This document shows, piece after piece, positions 1-8,880 of a DNA stretch of 14,820 nt. Both the position numbers and the translations under genes were made by a program. The notes under the pieces were generated by a model. It worked only from the letters and a program-made list of their open reading frames with translations. It did not search any database and had not been told where the DNA came from. Each line of letters starts with the position of its first letter. Position 1 is the stretch's first letter. Location of the stretch: contig NW_021825674.1 in assembly GCF_006345805.1 (NCBI RefSeq), positions 1 to 14,820 of the forward strand. The letters are read 5' to 3'. Origin of the DNA: Octopus sinensis (lineage: Eukaryota).

Positions 1-3
1 ACA

Positions 4-63
<60 letters not shown>
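4..63. repeat. (ACT)n microsatellite
   Basis: About 20 perfect ACT units at the window start. Confidence 0.97.
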
Positions 64-64
<1 letters not shown>

Positions 65-221
65 GAATTTATAAAACCGGAGAATGCGTTCAGGAGAGCA
101 TTTGCTTTTGGTGGTTTTGGTGATCCGGGATCCGTATTGTTTGTCCGATTGCTGTTTCGCCACGGGAAATGGTTCGCTTGTCTGGATGTGTTATGTGGTT
201 TCTTTTCTATTCTCTTGATTA

Positions 222-290
222 TCATGTTTCCCAGCCACGTGGTTTCCGATTCCTGTCCCACTGCGTGCCACCTTGGTCAAATGTCTTCTA
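222..290 (+). mobile_element. tRNA-derived SINE fragment, truncated by the mariner
   Basis: tttcccagccacgtggtttccgattcctgtcccactgcgtgccaccttggtcaaatgtcttcTA aligns to the in-window SINE at 3066-3140 (cttcccaaccacagagttccaggttcgg...cccattgtgtgacacctagggcaaatgtctttta). It ends exactly at the mariner TA. Confidence 0.75.
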
Positions 291-1575
291 TTGGGTTGGC
301 AACTAAGTTCCCATCGTTTTTTTTAAATTTAAATTTTTTTAAAAGGTTTAATAAAAAAAATAACAACTAATTAATCAATAATGTAGTCACCCTTGTTGTT
401 TGCAACTTCTTCCCAGCATTCAACAAGATTTTCAATATCTCGTTGGTAGAAATGACCCGAGTTTGACTCGAAAAATTGATTCAACCAAGCTCTCAATTCT
501 GCATCAGTATTGAACGAAACTCAGGGCATAGCATTTGAAAGAGATCGAAAGATGTGGAAATCCGTTGGTGCCAAATCAGGAAAGTAAGGCGGGTGTGGTA
601 GCACTTCCCAGCCATGCGTTTGAATGGCTTCCTTGGTCATACTGGTGATATGATGGCGGGCGTTGTCGTGCAGCAGAAGAACTCCATGCTGACGATTAGG
701 TCTTTTCTCTTGAATAGCCGTGTTGAGTCGTTCCGTCGGTTGAGTTCCGCGTTGACCTGTTGGTTCCGTTCAAGCAATTCGTAATGGATAATCCCTTCCA
801 AGTCCCACCATACGCACAACATCATTTTACGCACAACATCTTGTTTAATGCGCAGTGTCGCTTTTTTACCATTCCTCATGCTTCTTCATATTGATGTACA
901 AGCACCATTTTTCGTCGCCAGTTACGATTCGGTAAAGAAATCCTTGCTTGTGTCCATGAGTTGAACGGTGACGAGCAAGCAAACCAGCGGAGATTGTGGC
1001 TCGTTGATTTTTGTTGTCACTTAAAGCATGCGGAACCCATGCTCCATGCTTCTGAATCTTTCCCATCGATTGAAGATGCTTCTCTATAGCAATGTGGGAG
1101 CATTCAATTTTCTCTGCCAGTTTCCTTGTCGTTTGACGAGAATTTTCGTGTAAAAGTTGGTTTAATCGCTCTTCATCGAACTGAACTGGACGGTCAGAAC
1201 GAGGTGCGTCTTTGAGGTCAAAATTTCTATTTTTGAACTTGGCATACCAATCACGAGCGGTTCTTTCAGTATGGTACCCTCTCTATACACAGCACAAATA
1301 TCACGAGCAGCTTTTGCGGTCTTAGAATCTTGATTAAAAGCAAAAAGAAGGAGGTGTCGAAAATGCTCGTTTTTCTTAACTTGACATTCCATTTTAATGA
1401 TCTGAAAATAAACAAAAATTAACTAAAATTAACTAGAAAAAAATAAATAAAAAACAAAATAGATTCTAAAATGATTCAAAAACTGAATTTTCGAAAAAGA
1501 TAAATTTCAGAATTTAAAAAAGCAATAAATTCCAAAATTAAAAAAAAAACGGCAGGAACTTAGTTGCCGGCCCAA
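291..1575 (-). mobile_element. Full-length (1285 bp) mariner DNA transposon, Tc1/mariner superfamily, non-autonomous through decay
   Basis: Left TIR TTGGGTTGGCAACTAAGTTCCCATCG (291-316) versus reverse complement of right TIR TTGGGCCGGCAACTAAGTTCCTGCCG (1550-1575): 21/26 identical. TA dinucleotide at 289-290 and 1576-1577. Encloses a mariner transposase pseudogene; the length is typical of mariners. Confidence 0.96.
371..1392 (-). pseudogene. Mariner D,D34D transposase pseudogene
   Basis: Joined frames read MECQVKKNEHFRHLLLFAFN..ERTARDWYAKFK..WVPHAL..IVTGDEKW (Asp 914-916)..MLCVWWD..LLHDNARH (Asp 665-667)..HPPYFPDLAPTDFHIF (Asp 560-562; 34 residues between the last two Asp)..NNKGDYIID* (stop 371-373). 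Frameshifts near 1269, 870 and 741, and an in-frame TGA at 521-523. Confidence 0.96.
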
Positions 1576-2084
1576 TACAATTACAATTCAAGAAGCCAAA
1601 CAAATTAAAAGTGATGAAAACTTCAACGGGAATTATAAAAACAATATAAACAAGAGTAAAAACATAAAAAACAACAACTGCAAACAATCTTTAGAGTTGA
1701 TGGTTAAAGGATTTAATCAAGAAAAGGTTTCGAAGATATATGTCATAAAAACAAAGAAAAAAATCTCTTTTCTCGAGAAATTCAACGGAAAAAGGACAAG
1801 AAGGAAATTGATATGTGACTGTTAAAAAAAGAAAATACCGAAAGGGGTTTCTATGTCTTCAAGAAGGGAGTTATTGAGTGCTTTTGCCGGTATGTAGGGA
1901 AATGTGTTTCCTTGACAGGAGCAGGACATATTTAAGCGTGTGCCCGATATCTAAAATTGATCAGGCAAGAATTCAGACAGAGGTTGTGAGTCACGTGCTA
2001 GCCTAATGGATGGTAGTCAAGTACATGAGGCTGAGAAACACAAGATCCATGTTCAGAAAAGTTGATGCCAACATGGAATTTGTT

Positions 2085-2300
2085 CGCTTCTCTTTGTCTG
2101 TCTGCCTGTCTGCCTGCTTTTCTGTTTCTTTTTCTTTCTTCTTTTCATTCTGCTTCTATTATTCTCTTCATCATTCACTTACTCTTATCATATTATTTCT
2201 CTAATTCACCTTCTTTATTGTATTGCTTTATTTCTCTTTCACAGTTCCTTTCTTAATCACTCTGCCCTTTTATCTTACTTCTTTTTAGCCATCCCTCCCA
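2085..2300. repeat. Pyrimidine-rich (CT/TTC) low-complexity tract
   Basis: Degenerate tctgtc/ttct/ctt run. Confidence 0.7.
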
Positions 2301-2711
2301 ATTACACTGTCTGCTCGCATGACTTCTTTACTCACAAGCAGTAGACTCTAACCCTGTCAATATGCCAATATTTATTCATCTAACTAATCTATCATCATTT
2401 ATACTAATTTCATTCCCTCTGTCTCACCTCTCCCAACAAAACTTACAGTTTCCCAGTCAAAGGTGAAATAAAAAGGAAAACGAATAAAACAAAACCTCGT
2501 TAAGTCGCTTAGCGTTCTTTATATTAAAATTCGTATTTGCAGTTATAGCTATCGGTCTGGTTAGTTACCCCGTTACTTACCTCGTGTTAAAGTAGATTAG
2601 CAGAGCTGAACTGCGGTCAAAGAACATCATGGTCAAAGAACTCCATCATCAAAAACTCCATGGCATCTTGCTTTTATAGGTGTATCTAGGTCTATATGGT
2701 TCAAAGTGTAT

Positions 2712-2890
2712 GTTGTTGTTGCTGAGACCCAAAGCAAACCTGAATGAGTTGCCCTACGACCAAAGCAATTCACGCGTTTCCATCCTATATGCTTTTAAAG
2801 TATTTAAGATTACATGACCCAATTCGTACTTTCCTCATAAAAATAATAATATTTAATGTAAAGGAGATTTGGCTTCTGTTTCTAGCTAAT
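2712..2890. mobile_element. Unclassified interspersed repeat, copy 1 of 3
   Basis: Shares motif A (ctacgaccaaagcaattc, 2754-2771) and motif B (ggagatttggcttctgtttctagc, 2863-2886) with the copies at 6745-6945 and 12245-12435, in the same order and orientation. Confidence 0.6.
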
Positions 2891-3034
2891 ACAGTGCATG
2901 CTTTTCTTTACAGTGTATGTCTAAATGCGTACAACAAAACGTTTACATCGACACTTGTAAAGTAGGGACGCAATCTGAGCATAAACAAGACAGAAAATCT
3001 TGTATACAATCGAATAAATCAAAATAGGCATGAG

Positions 3035-3305
3035 AGTGTAGGCGTGGCTGAATGGTAAGGACTTTGCTTCCCAACCACAGAGTTCCAGGTTCGGTCTCTT
3101 AGACCCATTGTGTGACACCTAGGGCAAATGTCTTTTACTATTGCCTTAGGCCGACCAAAGCGTTGAAAGTGGATTTGGTAGACGAAAACTGAAAGAAGTC
3201 TGTTGTGTACACCCGCCACATACAAACACACACACACACGATTTGTTCTTCAAGGCGGTGCCCCAGCATTGCCGCGATCTAACGACTGAAACAAGAAAAA
3301 AGATG
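3035..3305 (+). mobile_element. tRNA-derived SINE (Octopus-type) with internal (CA)n and 3' tail
   Basis: A-box-like TGGCTGAATGG 3045-3055 and B-box-like GGTTCGGTC 3088-3096. Body ggccgaccaaagcgttgaaagtggatttggtagacgaaaactgaaagaag. Tail aaggcggtgccccagcattgccgcgatctaacgactgaaacaag at 3251-3294, also seen at 3729-3773 and 11816-11860. Confidence 0.85.
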
Positions 3306-3309
3306 ATTC

Positions 3310-3354
3310 ATGTATACATAGAAAACATACATACATGCATACATACATACATGT

Positions 3355-3401
<47 letters not shown>

Positions 3402-3715
3402 ATATATATATATATATATATGTGGCGTGTGTGTATATATATATATATACACATACATATAATATAGACACATATGTACATAATATATATATACATACAT
3501 GCATACGCATATATAGATGTATGTATACGTATAGTGTATGTATAATGCATATGTATATATACATGATATATATATATAATATACGTATACATACATACAT
3601 ATATATGTGCTTATGTAGGGTTATATATAATGTATATTATATATGTATATATATATATATGATATATATATATTATATATATATATTATAATATATATAT
3701 TATATATATATATAA
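3310..3715. repeat. Compound (TA)n/(TACA)n/(TG)n microsatellite
   Basis: Almost entirely alternating purine-pyrimidine sequence. Confidence 0.95.
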
Positions 3716-3728
3716 AAAAGACATATAT

Positions 3729-3773
3729 GAAGACGGTACTCCAGATGGCCTTAGTCATGATGGCTGAAGCGAA
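3729..3773 (+). mobile_element. Orphan SINE 3' tail fragment
   Basis: aagacggtactccagatggccttagtcatgatggctgaagcgaac resembles the tails at 3251-3294 and 11816-11860. Confidence 0.6.
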
Positions 3774-3811
3774 CTGTTTGTACTTATACAGGATCTCTCA
3801 GGACATGCAGA

Positions 3812-3815
<4 letters not shown>

Positions 3816-3894
<79 letters not shown>
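3816..3894. repeat. (GA)n microsatellite
   Basis: Perfect GA run of about 39 units. Confidence 0.98.
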
Positions 3895-3898
<4 letters not shown>

Positions 3899-4352
3899 CT
3901 TACACGTATACACGATCTATCTATTACATTAAAGCAAAGGCGCATATATACGCTGATGTATATATGCATATAAATACGCATATACATGCAAGGAAGCACG
4001 AACAAAAACCACAACAAAAAACAAAAACAAAAACTGAACTAAAGCAAGCAAAAACATAAACAAACATGCATTCATTTCTTTCGCCGCCATTGTTTTTATG
4101 CTTTTTGTTTTTTAGAGCAACTTATTGTTTTTTTTTGCCTTTTTGTTTTTTAGAGCAACTCATCTTTAACTTGGAACAATTAGATAAAGATGTCCACTAA
4201 AATGACATTAGATTGGGAAAGAGGAACAAAACAATAACAACAACACAAGTAACATCATCAACAGCAACAACAATAGTAATAAAACACGCTGAAACAAAGT
4301 GAAAACCAGTCGCAATGCAGTGCGAACGTATACAATGTATTAGAGTACAATT

Positions 4353-4382
4353 TAATAATAATAATAATAATGATAATGATAT

Positions 4383-4422
<40 letters not shown>

Positions 4423-4436
4423 ATATGTATATATGC

Positions 4437-4470
<34 letters not shown>

Positions 4471-4548
4471 TAATAATAATAATAATGATAATAATAATAA
4501 TTGTATCTGTGTATATAAATGACAATAATAACGATAATAATTATAATA

Positions 4549-4581
<33 letters not shown>

Positions 4582-4632
4582 TAATAATAATATATCTATA
4601 TATACATAATAATAATAACAATGATGATAATG

Positions 4633-4663
<31 letters not shown>

Positions 4664-4737
4664 TAATAATAGTAATAATAATAATTATTAATAATAAACA
4701 TAATAATAATAATAACAACAACAACAACAACAACAAC

Positions 4738-4775
<38 letters not shown>

Positions 4776-4800
4776 TAATAATAATAATAATAATAATGAT
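4353..4800. repeat. Compound (AAT)n microsatellite with GAT/AAC variants
   Basis: Continuous AAT units; source of the poly-I/N/L/Y ORFs. Confidence 0.97.
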
Positions 4801-5064
4801 ACTAATATATATATATATATCATATGCATACTTACACACACAGGCACACACACAAACATATATCTACGCATATATTTATATTAAAAATAACAAATCGAAT
4901 TTTTATAGGGCAAAGGGAAAGATATAAATCACTTAAAAATGTATAAAATTAAGGCAAACAACAAAAGAAACAACTAAGGGAGAACAGAGGAGTTAGAAAT
5001 AAAAAAGAAAATAGAGTGAAAGCTGCACCGCCATTAGGAAACAACAAGAACAAGAACAACGTTA

Positions 5065-5108
5065 ATGACGACGGTGGCGATGATGACGGACATGATGACG
5101 ACGACGAC

Positions 5109-5154
<46 letters not shown>

Positions 5155-5168
5155 TTAATGAAGTTGAT

Positions 5169-5202
<34 letters not shown>

Positions 5203-5210
5203 GCAATAAC

Positions 5211-5246
<36 letters not shown>

Positions 5247-5437
5247 GATAATAACAATAATAATAATAGCAATAATAATAATATAATAATAATAATAATA
5301 ATAATAACGATAATAATAATAACGATAATAACAATAATAATGATAATAGCAATAATAATAATAATAATAATAATAATGATAATAATAATAATAATAATAA
5401 TAACAACAACAATAATAGCAATAATAATAATAACGAA

Positions 5438-5480
<43 letters not shown>

Positions 5481-5597
5481 GCAATAATAATAATAATAAT
5501 AGTAATAATAATAATAATAATTATAGTAACAATAATAACGAAAATAATAACAATAATAACAACAACAACAACAACAACAACAGCAATAATAATGATG

Positions 5598-5647
<50 letters not shown>

Positions 5648-5765
5648 AGCCATAATAATAATAATAGTAATAATAATAACGAAAATAATAACAATAATAA
5701 TAATAATAATAATTATAGTAATAATAATAATAACGAAAATAATAACAATAATAATAATAATAATG

Positions 5766-5796
<31 letters not shown>

Positions 5797-5810
5797 CGCC
5801 GATGATGATA
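5065..5810. repeat. (GAC/GAT)n then long compound (AAT)n array
   Basis: GAT run ~5110-5153, then AAT with AGC/AAC/ACG/AGT variants to ~5800. Confidence 0.97.
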
Positions 5811-6065
5811 ACAACAAACAAGAGAAACAATTGTATATAAGTGTAAGCAAGCGAGCAAACGAAGGAAGGATGGAAGGCTGAGGCGAGCAAGCATGCGAAT
5901 ATTGAGTGTTTTGTGACTAAAGCAATTTAGACTCTCTATTAAACAGACTATAGAATTCACATAAAACTGTCCTTCACAATTTTCTCCCGAAACATTTACA
6001 CAAACAACAGCCATGGTTTTTAGTTCCACAGAAGTGATTTGCCGTTAATTTGCTTTCATATTTCC

Positions 6066-6089
6066 TTTTTTTTTTTTTTTTTTTTTTTT
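6066..6089. repeat. Poly(T)24 within a T-rich tract
   Basis: 24 consecutive T; the T-rich sequence continues to CAG at 6127-6129. Confidence 0.95.
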
Positions 6090-6129
6090 CCTTTTTCTTA
6101 TTTCTTTCTGTTTTTATTTTATTTTTCAG

Positions 6130-6245
6130 GTGACTTGCTATTTGATTATGGACGAAGCAAGCAAGCCATCATCATTACCGGCTCAATTGCGTCTGCTGTA
6201 CTTTATATATATTGTGGGTTAAAACAGCGCCCCGGCTTTGTGGTC
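6130..6245 (+). other. Candidate internal exon (unverified)
   Basis: Long polypyrimidine tract plus TTTCAG|G acceptor, and GTC|GTAAGA donor at 6246. One open frame: (G)DLLFDYGRSKQAIIITGSIASAVLYIYCGLKQRPGFVV. Confidence 0.25.
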
Positions 6246-6263
6246 GTAAGAGGAGAAGGAGGA

Positions 6264-6295
6264 GGGGGAAGGAAGGGGGAGGAAGGGGAGGAGGG
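6264..6295 (+). other. Canonical G-quadruplex motif
   Basis: G5-AAGGAA-G5-AGGAA-G4-AGGA-G3 satisfies the G3+N1-7 x4 pattern. Confidence 0.55.
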
Positions 6296-6359
6296 AAAAG
6301 GAGATGCAATGAGTAGAGAGGGGGAAAAGTCGGGTGGGAAGGAACTAACGAGCAGCTGA

Positions 6360-6745
6360 TGGTCGACGATGCAATAATGGTGGAGGAGGTTGGAGGGAGG
6401 GAAGCCGAGAAGAATAGGAGAGACGGTGTCTGCGTTGCAGTCGTTGTTTTTGCTGTTGTTGTTTCTGCATGGTTGGGGTGTAAGTGTTGGTGGTGACGGT
6501 GGTGCTTGTGTTTGCAGTGGTTCTGGTGGTGGTGGTGGTGGTGGTGGTTATGGTGGCTGTGACGATAATGGTGATGGCGGCGGCAGTGGTGGTTGGTGGT
6601 TGAAGTGGTGGAGATGTCGGTGAAAGTGAAGTTGATGGAGGCGTTATTGGCGGTGGTGATGGTGGCGATAGTGGTAATGGTAGTGGTGGTGGTGGTAGTG
6701 GGTAATGGGGATGGTGGGAGCGTTGGAGACTGAGGTGGTGGTTGT
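6360..6745. repeat. Degenerate (GGT/GTT/GGC)n low-complexity tract
   Basis: Trinucleotide-periodic G/T-rich run; gives a Pro/Thr-rich antisense ORF. Confidence 0.85.
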
Positions 6746-6945
6746 ACTTTAGCCTCAGATCAGCACCGACCAAACCGATCAAAGATATTCCATCCGTGAC
6801 CATTGCATCTTTTTCTTTCTGTTTGTGCAGGAAGCCAAGATGGCATCATCCGATGTGACCTTTTCTAAGACAGACAGTGGTGCGTCATTTCAAGCAGATT
6901 TGGTTACTATTTTTAGCAGGTCTGCTGACCACATAGACGGCCTCT
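6745..6945. mobile_element. Unclassified interspersed repeat, copy 2 of 3
   Basis: Motif A ccgatcaaagatattccatccgtgaccatt (6775-6804); motif B gcagatttggttactatttttagcag (6894-6919). Confidence 0.65.
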
Positions 6946-6949
6946 TTGT

Positions 6950-7085
6950 TTTCTGGTTCTGGTTCAGCTGGTGTCGAGGCTGCGACGGGGACAACGGTTT
7001 GTGAGGGGCACCACGATGGGGATTTCGTCTGCAGCTACGGAGAGTTGGTGAGCTGAGGCAGAGTGGAAGGTAAACAACAACAACA
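6950..7085 (+). mobile_element. Probable retroposon 3' end with (AAC)n tail
   Basis: GC-richer segment ending in ...aaggTAAACAACAACAAC, a short tandem-repeat tail of the kind seen on L2/CR1/RTE-mobilised elements. Family unverified. Confidence 0.4.
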
Positions 7086-7194
7086 GCAGCAGCAGCTTTA
7101 TCACTATAACAATGGACCACCACCGTCGCCGCCGCCGCCACCACCATCTCAATACTAAGTAGCAACAACTTTAGGAGCAATGTCAGATATCAAA

Positions 7195-7349
7195 AATTAT
7201 ATATACATATGTGTGTGTGTGTGCATATATTTGTGTGTGAGTGTATCTATATGTAGGTGTGTATATGTATATGTGTGTGAGTGTTATATAGCTATCAAAA
7301 ATACTATATCTACATTTGCGCGTACATATATAAAGATATAAGCATATAC

Positions 7350-7386
<37 letters not shown>

Positions 7387-7534
7387 ATAGACGTACACAT
7401 ATACTATATACTACACATATACATACATACGTACACACACACACACTCACACACACACATATATATATATATACAATAGACGTACACATATACTATATAC
7501 TACACATATACATACATACATACGTACACACACT

Positions 7535-7568
<34 letters not shown>

Positions 7569-7605
7569 CATATATATATAGACATACTTAGATATAAATA
7601 TATGA
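7195..7605. repeat. Compound (TA)/(CA)/(TG)/(TACA) microsatellite
   Basis: Alternating purine-pyrimidine runs; contains an internal ~89 bp duplication. Confidence 0.93.
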
Positions 7606-7709
7606 TTGGTTAATGTTTGTCAGTTGAAAGTGATTAGAAGCGCCATTGTGGGCGAAGTGAGTCACAATTTTGTCATGTTCTTACAGCCATTGTCAAACAC
7701 CTTAATTCA

Positions 7710-7989
7710 CTTATACACACAAACAGATACATACATACATGAATGCATACGTACATACATACATGCATGCATAGAGGCAGACTAGCAAATGGGTGATACA
7801 TATATATATATATATATATATATACATACACGCAATCATAAAAGCATAGATAAATATATACATACAGACGAGCGTACATATAGATATATACATATACTTC
7901 AATATCTTTACATTCAGTGATACACAGCACACATTCGTACTCGCGCGCGCGCGCACACACTTTCATACTCATATAAGCATAATGGAAAT

Positions 7990-8025
<36 letters not shown>

Positions 8026-8062
8026 ATATGTATGTATATATATGCATATGTAAGTGTATATG

Positions 8063-8119
<57 letters not shown>

Positions 8120-8140
8120 TAGATAGATAGATAGATACGT
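7710..8140. repeat. Compound (TA)n/(CATA)n/(TAGA)n microsatellite
   Basis: Long TA runs at 7800-7825, 7990-8050 and 8065-8115; TAGA run ~8116-8136. Confidence 0.93.
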
Positions 8141-8414
8141 ACATGTATGACTCTTAATGACACTCTATCCTTTATTTCGGTTCCAGCTTGTGCCAAAACG
8201 TTGGTTGCTTTATTCAAACCTGCTTTCTTTGTTTTATTGACTTTTCTATTCATTTGGAATTCCTGGTGGCCATATAAATGTTATTGAGGTAATTTCAGCT
8301 TGATGATTAGTTACGCTGTGCAGTTCGTGGCGTAATATTTATGTAAATAGCTTCATCCAGCTAAGAAACATATGTAGCTTACTTATTACCTGTTCTACTG
8401 TTCTACACTTATAA

Positions 8415-8471
8415 ATTCTGTATATGTTACACATATATACGTATGTTTAAGTATACGTATATGTACATACA

Positions 8472-8512
<41 letters not shown>

Positions 8513-8562
8513 CACACATGTATATAATATATATGCATGTATATATATGTATATATATATAC

Positions 8563-8593
<31 letters not shown>

Positions 8594-8700
8594 GATATAT
8601 GCATAAATATATGTATGTATATGTAGATCTATCTATCCGTGCGTGCTTGCATGTATGTGTATATATGTGTGCGTTCGTGTGTATGTTTGTATGAGCACGT
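8415..8700. repeat. Compound (TA)n/(TG)n microsatellite
   Basis: Alternating purine-pyrimidine runs. Confidence 0.9.
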
Positions 8701-8789
8701 GCCAGTCTGTTTTTGCATCTACATTTAACGTTGTAATCGCACAAGATGTAGAGAGATATCGAAAGAGGGAATTATAGAGAAAGACAACT

Positions 8790-8880
8790 AGGTAAAAAAA
8801 TGAGAGAGTGAGAGAGAGGGGGAGAGAAAGGGGAGAGAGAGAGAGAGGGAGAAAAGAGCAAAAACAGAGATAGAGGGGAG
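8790..8880. repeat. Degenerate (GA)n purine tract
   Basis: gagagagtgagagagaggggg... run. Confidence 0.85.

Noticed and set aside
1577-1825. 82-codon stop-free frame (TITIQEAKQIKSDENF...) right of the mariner
   Set aside because: The strand is very A-rich and T-poor, so stop-free runs are expected. No recognisable motif or suitable start.
3243-6029. Long ORFs (up to 331 aa) rich in I/Y/N/L/D or RE repeats
   Set aside because: They are translations of (TA)n, (GA)n, (AAT)n and (GAT)n microsatellites, which lack stops in some frames. No complex-sequence coding signal.
6345-6803. 152-aa Pro/Thr/Gln-rich minus-strand ORF resembling a mucin or extensin
   Set aside because: Antisense reading of the degenerate (GGT)n tract; its N-terminus comes from repeat copy 2.
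6831-7070. Apparent exon (TTGTGCAG acceptor, GTGAGC/GTAAAC donors) and a signal-peptide-like frame with TGA/TAG stops that A-to-I editing could recode to Trp
   Set aside because: 6745-6945 is a copy of the three-copy interspersed repeat and the rest is a tailed retroposon-like end. All frames have stops. The editing-rescue idea has no independent support.
1987-7664. AP-1 sites TGAGTCA at 1987-1993 (overlapping E-box CACGTG) and 7658-7664
   Set aside because: Short motifs expected by chance in 15 kb; no promoter context.
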